64,000 nt of DNA from Candidatus Nealsonbacteria bacterium (GTDB taxonomy: Bacteria > Patescibacteriota > Minisyncoccia > Minisyncoccales > UBA6532). The position numbers were made by a program, and so were the translations under genes. The notes under the pieces are model-generated. The model was not told the DNA's origin, made no database searches, and saw only the letters and a list, made by a program, of their open reading frames with translations. The stretch spans positions 33,603-97,602 of the forward strand of contig JACPLN010000007.1 in the NCBI GenBank assembly GCA_016186485.1, given 5' to 3'. The number at the start of each line of letters is the position of its first letter. Position 1 is the stretch's first letter. Positions 1-6,530 of the stretch are shown one piece after another.

Positions 1-1
1 G

Positions 2-2326
2 ACCCTAGCCTTATCTTCTCAATCGCCTTCTGCTCAAACCTATGTCATTGGTTCAACCGGCAAGGAATTCACCAGAATTAACCTGACAGCAGGCTCTGGA
101 GAAAACATTACAGTTAGCGGAATCACCTTAACCATCAATTCCAACGTCGCTGGCGGCAACAACGCCACTTCCGGCGCAAAATTGATCAATGTTGAGATGA
201 GAAAGTCGGACAACACCCTATACGGTTCAACAGTTTCAACGCCTGTCGCCACAGCTTCGTTCAATCAAAGCTTGACGATACCGGCTTCAGAAACTGTTAC
301 TTTAAGGGCGTTTGCCGATGTTCCGACTACCAGTTATCCTGTTCCTACTGCCAACATTACTATTGCTGCTACCTCTGACGTAACAGCAACAGGTGTATCC
401 TCAGGAGCGACAATTACGCCGTCCGGCACAGTAACCGGCAACACCATAACCGTTGCTTCCGGTTCTATTACCGTGGCCGCAGCAGCGACCCCGGGAGACC
501 AATCAAGAATTATTGGTGACACGAAGGCAGAATTTGTCGGTTTGGTATTGACCGCAGGGACAGCAGAAGACGTGAGAGTGTCAAGGATAAAACTGACTAC
601 AAGCTCTTCTGGCAACGCAGCTCCTGCCGATGTTTCCAATGTCGCTTTGTACGACGGAAGCACCAGGCTGACTGCAATTAAGAACTTGACTACATCAACC
701 GATTCAGCTAGCGGTAAAGGATTCAACCACCACACGGTAGAATTCACCGCTGGTGATTTCTTGAATTCCATCGGTATTGATCTAACCAAGGGCCAGCAAA
801 AGACAATTACAGTTAAGGGAGACTTGCCTTCAACAGGTCTTTCCAGCAACAAAATTGCTTTTGGTGTCAGTACTACCGACGACATTAACACCACTGGTTT
901 GTTCTCCAATACCAGTCTTACCGAAACCTTTACCACTGGATTAACCGCTGGCGAGTCGGGAGGCGTTAACTACACTTCTGACGCCAGTCCTCTTGCTGCC
1001 GATATCCGCGAGATTACCCTGAATGCTGCCGGCACCATTACTACTGCCGCAGCCGCTGATAATCCCGTAACCAAGATTCAGGCTGTTGGAGGAGAGGGTA
1101 ATACCCTTGCTAACGTATCTCTTATCAAGGTAAACCTTACAGCTTCCTTGGAAGATGTTTACGTCAAGCAAATTGTCGTTGAAAGAGTCGGCGGGACTGG
1201 TTCCGATAATGATTTTGCAGCCATCACTCTTTGGGATGGCGCAACTCAAGTAGGATCCGCCCAGACTCTGGTCAGCGCTTCTTCTACCTTCAATCTTCCT
1301 GCAGGAAGTTACTGGACAATAGCTAAGGGCACAACCAAGACTTTGACCGTTAAAGCATCATTTAATGGTGTTGCTACGGGCAATGGTTACGGCGCAACCC
1401 CTGGAGACGCTCCTCAGTTGAGAATTCATGGCATTGACGTAGAAGGCAAGAGTTCTGGTTCAGACACTGTGGCGGTTGACGGAACAAATGACGCGAACCC
1501 GGCTCTAATAGAAAGAGCTGGCAACGTTCATTATGTTTATAAGTCAAAACCGACCCTTGCTGCATCCAGTCTTCCGAGTACCGTTCTGACAACCGGTGAG
1601 AAAGTGCTCTTCCGCTGGACAGTTGCTGCCGACGCTGGCGGCGCTATCGGTTGGAAGAGAGTCGCATTCAATATTACTGGTTCTCTGGCAGGCAACACCA
1701 TTGGCGCAACAAGCACCATGACATCAGACACCACTCGTATTAACGGTGTCTACACAGTTACCTCCGGAACCGGAATTGGTGTGACCAAGTCCATTGATCA
1801 GTTCAAGGTTTGGGACGTGACCGAAAATCAACAGGTTACTGCCACCACAACTGACGCCAATGGATACAACTTATCCACTAACACTGTCGGAGCGGTTATC
1901 AGGGTTGATTCTGACGGTTCTTCGGGCGCAAACGTGATCTTTGTCGCAAGCGCAGAACAGCAGATAGCAGCCGGAGTCTCAAAGACTTACGAGTTGAGAG
2001 GTAACGTGCTGACATCTCCTTCAGCTGGCGACTCGGTGCTGGTAAGGATTGCCGACCTAACTGGTTCTGGCTCCGTAACCACCACTGATTACAATCATGT
2101 TCGTCTGATTAAGGACGCAGGAGCTGCTAGTATTGCTACTGGTTATCTTTCCGGAGACGCTTCTCTGGTTGACCCATACGCTACTACTACCGCTTCCTTT
2201 GTCTGGACTGACAGATCAGCGCCTCACCTTGGAGACAGCAATACTCATTCAGAAACTACTCTTGATTGGACCAACGACTACAAAGTTGAAGGTCTTCCAA
2301 CCGCTACACTCAGCTTGAGCAAGTAA
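2..2326 (+). CDS. Large secreted Thr/Ser/Ala/Gly-rich surface protein (S-layer/adhesin-like), 5' end cut by window edge
   Basis: The frame of track ORF 182..2326 stays open back to nt 2, so the TTG at 182 is not the true start. No Cys, T/S/G/A-rich. At least 3 modules of about 100 aa share a pattern (..F..L.LTAG..EDV.V..I.L ... V/I-A/T-L-Y/W-DG-S/A-T ... KT-I/L-TVK). A strong intrinsic terminator follows. Confidence 0.8.
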   Translation, partial: TLALSSQSPSAQTYVIGSTGKEFTRINLTAGSGENITVSGITLTINSNVAGGNNATSGAKLINVEMRKSDNTLYGSTVSTPVATASFNQSLTIPASETVTLRAFADVPTTSYPVPTANITIAATSDVTATGVSSGATITPSGTVTGNTITVASGSITVAAAATPGDQSRIIGDTKAEFVGLVLTAGTAEDVRVSRIKLTTSSSGNAAPADVSNVALYDGSTRLTAIKNLTTSTDSASGKGFNHHTVEFTAGDFLNSIGIDLTKGQQKTITVKGDLPSTGLSSNKIAFGVSTTDDINTTGLFSNTSLTETFTTGLTAGESGGVNYTSDASPLAADIREITLNAAGTITTAAAADNPVTKIQAVGGEGNTLANVSLIKVNLTASLEDVYVKQIVVERVGGTGSDNDFAAITLWDGATQVGSAQTLVSASSTFNLPAGSYWTIAKGTTKTLTVKASFNGVATGNGYGATPGDAPQLRIHGIDVEGKSSGSDTVAVDGTNDANPALIERAGNVHYVYKSKPTLAASSLPSTVLTTGEKVLFRWTVAADAGGAIGWKRVAFNITGSLAGNTIGATSTMTSDTTRINGVYTVTSGTGIGVTKSIDQFKVWDVTENQQVTATTTDANGYNLSTNTVGAVIRVDSDGSSGANVIFVASAEQQIAAGVSKTYELRGNVLTSPSAGDSVLVRIADLTGSGSVTTTDYNHVRLIKDAGAASIATGYLSGDASLVDPYATTTASFVWTDRSAPHLGDSNTHSETTLDWTNDYKVEGLPTATLSLSK

Positions 2327-2367
2327 CGATAGATTCGTTTATCTTTTATCCTTTCCTTGTGGGATAC

Positions 2368-2398
2368 GAAAAAGCCGCCCTTCGGGGCGGCTTTTTCC
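2368..2398 (+). terminator. Rho-independent terminator after surface-protein gene 1
   Basis: AAAGCCGCCC-TTCG-GGGCGGCTTT stem (7 GC pairs plus 3 AU pairs) followed by a T-run. Confidence 0.85.
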
Positions 2399-2430
2399 TT
2401 ATTGTATGCCCTGTGGAAAACTCATTGTAG

Positions 2431-2455
2431 TTGACACGTTCTTTTGTGATACAAT
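2431..2455 (+). promoter_or_regulatory. Putative promoter of surface-protein gene 2 (extended -10)
   Basis: TGaTACAAT at 2447-2455. TTGACA at 2431-2436 is only 13 nt upstream (suboptimal spacing). Confidence 0.4.
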
Positions 2456-2500
2456 TAAACAAGGTCATAAAATTAAATATTAATATTAAATACTAAAAAT

Positions 2501-4765
2501 ATGCCAAGCGAAAAAACTATTTTTAAGTTTGCGAGCGTTTTTTTATTAATTAATTTATTCGGCTTTATTTTTCCTGCCGGATTCGCCTTAGCGGGAGCGC
2601 CGGCAAGCGATTTTACTTTGGGCAACATTCCTTCTACGGCTGTTTACTCCAACACCCAGAATGTTTTGCTTGCTGATATAACTCTTCCTCGCAACACAAC
2701 TACCAATGATTCAAGAATTCATCAGGGGGCAAATCAGAGCGCGATTTCTGGCAGTACCTTGAGGACTTTCACTTCCTCAATTTACGCTTTTGCCAGTTCC
2801 ACTGCCCAGGATGACAGTGATTACAACGATCCCGAAGCCGTTATTTGGAGTTCAGACGGCGTTTTGAATGGCACCGCCACCGATATTATTATGACTGCCG
2901 GCGGAGCTGATTTTACCACTACTACCGGCAGGTCAAATACGGGCAAGGCGGCAACCACCACTGCTACTATGACTTTAGGGACAGGAGACGGCTTGAAAAT
3001 AATGATGACTGGATCTACTGCAGTAGATGAAACTTGGGTAACTGGAGATACTATTTGGATTGATGTTGGTGACGATGGCTGGACTACAGCTACCGATGTT
3101 GTATTGGTACAAGGCACTGATATTAATGCTAAAACCATGTATTCAGCTACTCATGTTTGGGTTTCTACCACAGCAGCCAACATTGGTTTTCTTGATTCAA
3201 ACCACGATAAATTCTTCAATTATACCACCGCAGATACTGCTACCACGTCAGAGCCTATTATTAGAACGCAGACTGCCGGTCGAGGCACAGGCTATAAAAT
3301 TGGCACTCAAGGATTTGACTCTATTTTGACTGCTTTTAGCACTACTACTAACGAATACCATGGTATCAGGCAATGGAATCCTAAATGGGTCCAATTGTCC
3401 GGCATTTCTTACGCCCAATCGGGAGACATTAGATACTTTGACGGTTCTGCAGACGGCATTTACACCGGCACCTGGTCAACAACCACTCAGCTAGCAACCA
3501 GCAATGAAGAAGATATTATCAAAGACCTTGATAATTCCGGTTTGTTCCAGGCAGACAGCATAACCGCTATCAGGGTGGTAAATATCGGAACAGCTGGGAA
3601 TACCGATATTGCGAGAATAGAAGCTTGGGAAGATAACGCAACTGCCGGCTGGAGCGGCAAAACAACTCCTGACGAAACCCTTATTGGCAGTTCAGTGAAT
3701 TGGGACAGCAATTTTTCAGTAACCGGGGCAACATATACCACCAGCAGCGACGCAACCAGGAGGATTTTCATCACTGCTGATCTGGATCCCGGAGCGAGAA
3801 GCGGATTTACCATAAAGGTTAGGATTAATGCCAACTATATTACTTTAACCTCAAACAATGACGGGCCGAGCGTGGATAATCTTATTGTCGGCCAGACAAG
3901 AAGCATAATTGTTTCCGGGTCAGCCAGCCCTTCAGCCCCTTCAGCTCCTACGCTGGGAACTCCGGAGGCTATTAGCGCTGGTACAATCCGCTGGAAGTTT
4001 ACTGATAAAGCTACAAACGAAACCGGCTTTAAAGTTTATGACGGCACAAACTATAAGGTGGTGGCTACGGCTTCAGCCAATGCTTCCTATGCTGATGAAA
4101 CCGGACTTTCAGCCGATACCGAATATTCAAAGAGAAGGTTGGTTGCGTATAACGATGGGGGAGATAGTCTTGAGAAAGAGTATTCTCCGGTTCGCACCTT
4201 GTCCGCCGCTGTTCCTGTTACGCCTGCGGTGGAAGTTCCCGCGCCAGCTGTGGTGCCGCCGGTTGCAGAAACCCCGGCAGTAGAAACCCCAGCGGTAGAA
4301 GTCCCGGTAGTAGAAACCCCAGCAGCAGAAGTTAAAATCCCTACAGTTACCTTTGAGAAACCGATTTCCCAATTGACCAAAGCAGAGGTTGAAGCCAAGA
4401 TTGCAGAAATTCTTGATGTTGTCAAAGTCCTTCAACAAATGATTAAAGATCTTAAGGTTGCAGCCATTGAAGGCATCCCTGCGGGTTTCACCTTTGATTC
4501 TAATCTATCCCTTGGTTCTTCAGGAGACGCAGTGAAATATCTCCAGATTGTCTTGAATTCAGATTCTGACACCAAAGTTGCTTCTTCTGGCACTGGTTCT
4601 GCGGGAAACGAAACTACCATCTTTGGATCTTTAACCAAAGCGGCAGTTGTAAAATTCCAGGAAAAATACGTTTCTGAAATTTTAAGCCCCGTAGGATTCA
4701 GCAAAGGAACAGGTTTTGTGGGATCAGCTACGAGAGCAAAACTAAATAAACTGCTAGGGAAGTAA
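2501..4765 (+). CDS. Secreted wall-associated surface protein: signal peptide, Thr-rich region, FN3-like segment, Pro-rich linker, C-terminal peptidoglycan-binding domain
   Basis: N-terminus [35 protein letters not shown]3-like [23 protein letters not shown]...[15 protein letters not shown]. (E-T/V-P-A/V-V)n linker. PG_binding_1-like tail [15 protein letters not shown]...[10 protein letters not shown]...[12 protein letters not shown]. Terminator follows. Confidence 0.8.
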   Translation: MPSEKTIFKFASVFLLINLFGFIFPAGFALAGAPASDFTLGNIPSTAVYSNTQNVLLADITLPRNTTTNDSRIHQGANQSAISGSTLRTFTSSIYAFASSTAQDDSDYNDPEAVIWSSDGVLNGTATDIIMTAGGADFTTTTGRSNTGKAATTTATMTLGTGDGLKIMMTGSTAVDETWVTGDTIWIDVGDDGWTTATDVVLVQGTDINAKTMYSATHVWVSTTAANIGFLDSNHDKFFNYTTADTATTSEPIIRTQTAGRGTGYKIGTQGFDSILTAFSTTTNEYHGIRQWNPKWVQLSGISYAQSGDIRYFDGSADGIYTGTWSTTTQLATSNEEDIIKDLDNSGLFQADSITAIRVVNIGTAGNTDIARIEAWEDNATAGWSGKTTPDETLIGSSVNWDSNFSVTGATYTTSSDATRRIFITADLDPGARSGFTIKVRINANYITLTSNNDGPSVDNLIVGQTRSIIVSGSASPSAPSAPTLGTPEAISAGTIRWKFTDKATNETGFKVYDGTNYKVVATASANASYADETGLSADTEYSKRRLVAYNDGGDSLEKEYSPVRTLSAAVPVTPAVEVPAPAVVPPVAETPAVETPAVEVPVVETPAAEVKIPTVTFEKPISQLTKAEVEAKIAEILDVVKVLQQMIKDLKVAAIEGIPAGFTFDSNLSLGSSGDAVKYLQIVLNSDSDTKVASSGTGSAGNETTIFGSLTKAAVVKFQEKYVSEILSPVGFSKGTGFVGSATRAKLNKLLGK
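4268..4333 (+). repeat. 15-bp in-frame tandem repeat (about 4.4 copies) encoding the (E-T/V-P-A/V-V)n linker
   Basis: GAAACCCCGGCAGTA / GAAACCCCAGCGGTA / GAAGTCCCGGTAGTA / GAAACCCCAGCAGCA / GAAGTT. Confidence 0.9.
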
Positions 4766-4785
4766 AAACTATTTCCTTGTGAAGC

Positions 4786-4818
4786 AAAACCGCCCTGCCG
4801 GGCGGTTTTAGTTTTTCT
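4786..4818 (+). terminator. Rho-independent terminator after surface-protein gene 2
   Basis: AAAACCGCCC-TGCC-GGGCGGTTTT stem followed by AGTTTTTC. Confidence 0.85.
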
Positions 4819-4830
4819 TCAAAGAATTTA

Positions 4831-4859
4831 TTGACAAAGTAATCGCTTTATGCTAGCAT
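4831..4859 (+). promoter_or_regulatory. Strong sigma70-like promoter driving the 4866-5252 unit
   Basis: TTGACA (4831-4836), 17-nt spacer, TGcTAGCAT (extended -10, 4851-4859). Confidence 0.6.
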
Positions 4860-4875
4860 CTTACTAGGTGAAAAA

Positions 4876-5148
4876 TTGAACGTTGAAAACTACGGATATC
4901 CTAAGGGCTACAAAGTAAAGAACATTACGGAGCAGACCAATATCTTGCGTCAGTTATTCCCCGGAATAGGCTACGCTGATGATAAACTGGCCGAGCGTCC
5001 GCTTCCTCCGAACGCCGATGGCAGGTTCTCGAGCGCGCCGCTTTTCAGCTTCTACGACGGCCGGGTCGGGTTCGGCGCCGACTGGGCCAACATCGTCCTC
5101 GGGCACTATGGCTCCGCGTCGGGGTTCGTCTCGCCCTCCTCCGTATAA
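4876..5148 (+). CDS. Hypothetical 90-aa ORF with chimeric composition (possible foreign gene fragment or pseudogene)
   Basis: TTG start 4 nt after AGGTGA. The first 37 codons have GC3 of about 54%; the last 53 codons have GC3 of 87% (46/53, hand count). No recognisable domain. Own promoter and terminator. Confidence 0.3.
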   Translation: MNVENYGYPKGYKVKNITEQTNILRQLFPGIGYADDKLAERPLPPNADGRFSSAPLFSFYDGRVGFGADWANIVLGHYGSASGFVSPSSV

Positions 5149-5187
5149 AAACTACGGACGGGCAGGTAGTAGCCATTCAAATAATTG

Positions 5188-5217
5188 TCCGCCATAGGCG
5201 GATCCGCCTCTGGCGGA
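5188..5217 (+). repeat. Two abutting hairpins with identical 6-bp stems
   Basis: TCCGCC-ATA-GGCGGA immediately followed by TCCGCC-TCT-GGCGGA. Confidence 0.8.
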
Positions 5218-5252
5218 AACTCTTGGGTCTTTTAATCCTTGAGTTCTTTTTT
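5218..5252 (+). terminator. Weak candidate terminator closing the 4866-5252 unit
   Basis: AACTC..GG/CC..GAGTT interrupted stem followed by CTTTTTT. Confidence 0.35.
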
Positions 5253-5280
5253 ATTTAACAAGATTCGCCAAATTATTGGC

Positions 5281-6414
5281 TTATAATAATTTTTCGGTTT
5301 TTTGAACCATTTCTTGGAGTCCAAATCCTTTTTCTATTCTTTCTCTTGCTTTTCCTGCCATTTTTATGGCTTCGCTCGGATGTTCTGAGAGCCAGACTAT
5401 TTTTTCGGCTATTTCCTGAGAATCCCCGGGCTTTATTAAGAATCCGTTTACTCCGTCATTTATAATTTCTGGCAAAGCTCCTACTCTTGTTGCCACAATT
5501 GGAAGTTCTGCCGCCATTGCTTCCAAAATAATCCAGGGGAACCCTTCTTTAAGAGAGGGGAGAACAAAGACATCAAAAGCCTTTAAATATTTATAGGCGT
5601 CAGGAATCCTGCCGGCCAAAAATACTGTACTTTCCAGACCGTGTTTTTTAATTAATGCCTCCAGTTTTTTTCTTTCCCGGCCGTCGCCAATTATCAAACA
5701 AGCAAGATTTGAGGTTTTAGATTTGAGATTTGAGATTGCTTTGATAAGATATTCCAGCCCTTTGGTTTTGTAAAAATTGGCCACCGTGCCAACTACAATA
5801 CCCCAATTGAGGCTTAGTCTTGATCGAGCTTCTTCTTTGGGGAGAAATTCCAGTTTGTTGGCGTCAATTCCGTTGTAGATTTTTACCAGTTTATTTTTTG
5901 GCGCAACCCGGTATTTTAAAGCCAGCCGCAGGTCTTCTTCGTTGTTGACTATAATTACATCTTTCAATAGGGCAGTAAGTTTCTCTGCCAGCAAAATTAA
6001 AAAGTTTAAAATCTGGTTTCTTGGATCTTTGAAGGCCCAGCCGCCGATTCTGTAAATAATTTTTGACCTTTTATACAAATAGCCAGCTATAGATCCCAAA
6101 ATACCCGCAGTAGTGGAGCACAGGAATAAAACATCCGGCCTCTCTTTTTTGAGCAAGCCAACAATTTCAATGATCGCACGAAAAATTGACAAGGGTCCCG
6201 GCGTTCTCTTAAGGTGCCGTAAAGAAATAGTTTTGACATTTGAGGTTTGAAATTTAAAATTTAAACCTTTGTCTCCTTCGCCAGCAGCGATTATAAACTC
6301 GTATTTCTCAGGGCTTATACCCTTTATTAACTCATAAATATATCTTTGCGCCCCGCCAAACTCAGACTGGGTTACCAAAAAGAACACTTTTTTCTTAAGA
6401 TTGACATTCTCCAT
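5281..6414 (-). CDS. Glycosyltransferase, GT4 family (GT-B fold)
   Basis: E-x7-E region VFVLPSLKEGFPWIILEAMAAELPIVATRVGALPEIINDGVNGFLIKPGD. The ORF is open to a TTG at 6438, but the ATG at 6414 gives the usual short N-terminus (MENVNLKKKVFFLVTQ). Confidence 0.85.
   Translation of the reverse strand: MENVNLKKKVFFLVTQSEFGGAQRYIYELIKGISPEKYEFIIAAGEGDKGLNFKFQTSNVKTISLRHLKRTPGPLSIFRAIIEIVGLLKKERPDVLFLCSTTAGILGSIAGYLYKRSKIIYRIGGWAFKDPRNQILNFLILLAEKLTALLKDVIIVNNEEDLRLALKYRVAPKNKLVKIYNGIDANKLEFLPKEEARSRLSLNWGIVVGTVANFYKTKGLEYLIKAISNLKSKTSNLACLIIGDGRERKKLEALIKKHGLESTVFLAGRIPDAYKYLKAFDVFVLPSLKEGFPWIILEAMAAELPIVATRVGALPEIINDGVNGFLIKPGDSQEIAEKIVWLSEHPSEAIKMAGKARERIEKGFGLQEMVQKTEKLL
5705..5739 (-). repeat. 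Imperfect heptanucleotide repeat inside GT4 gene
   Basis: AGATTTG AGGTTTT AGATTTG AGATTTG AGATTGC on the plus strand; encodes SNLKSKTSNLA. Confidence 0.75.
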
Positions 6415-6470
6415 AAGACTTTGTAAAGTATACCGCAAAAATATTTCTTTAACAACGATGATTTCTTTGG

Positions 6471-6499
6471 TTGACTAAGCGCATCTAATAATTTAGATT
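6471..6499 (+). promoter_or_regulatory. Putative promoter of the E1 fusion gene
   Basis: TTGACT, 17-nt spacer, TAGATT. Confidence 0.45.
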
Positions 6500-6530
6500 G
6501 TAATCAGCGTCTTTAACAAGGTGAATAAAA

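Noticed and set aside
334-4704. Antisense and off-frame ORFs inside the surface-protein genes (334..936, 941..1249, 2821..3138, 3487..3834, 3909..4283, 4087..4438, 4432..4704)
   Set aside because: All are shadow ORFs within much longer ORFs of coherent composition and domain content. Their low-complexity, Val/Pro/Ala-rich translations are typical of the reverse frames of Thr/Gly/Ala-rich genes.
182-4765. Enrichment of N-x-S/T sequons in the surface proteins as evidence for N-glycosylation
   Set aside because: I counted about 10 sequons in the 714-aa segment. That is roughly what Asn frequency times about 25% Ser+Thr predicts, so there is no enrichment beyond composition.
4886-5158. The 11-nt direct repeat AAAACTACGGA at 4886-4896 and 5148-5158 as a target-site duplication flanking an insertion
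   Set aside because: By rough estimate, several 11-mer pairs within 300 bp are expected by chance in a 64-kb AT-biased window. The repeats bracket both low-GC and high-GC sequence rather than the compositional boundary at about 4985. There are no terminal inverted repeats.
4979-5197. Track ORF 4979..5197 (+), an Arg/Ser/Pro-rich 72-aa protein
   Set aside because: This is typical off-frame translation of GC-rich DNA. The alternative frame (4876..5148) carries the GC3 periodicity.
4866-5252. The GC-rich unit as a known housekeeping RNA (tmRNA, RNase P RNA, SRP RNA, tRNA)
   Set aside because: I found no GGAAAGUCC (RNase P), no GGUUCGA-type T-loop with a 3' CCA end, no short tag ORF ending in ..LAA, and no SRP domain IV motif. 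The GAAAACTACG string at 4884 resembles the E. coli ssrA ENY codons, but it continues as a 90-codon ORF. The strong 3-nt periodicity (87% GC3) argues for coding origin instead.
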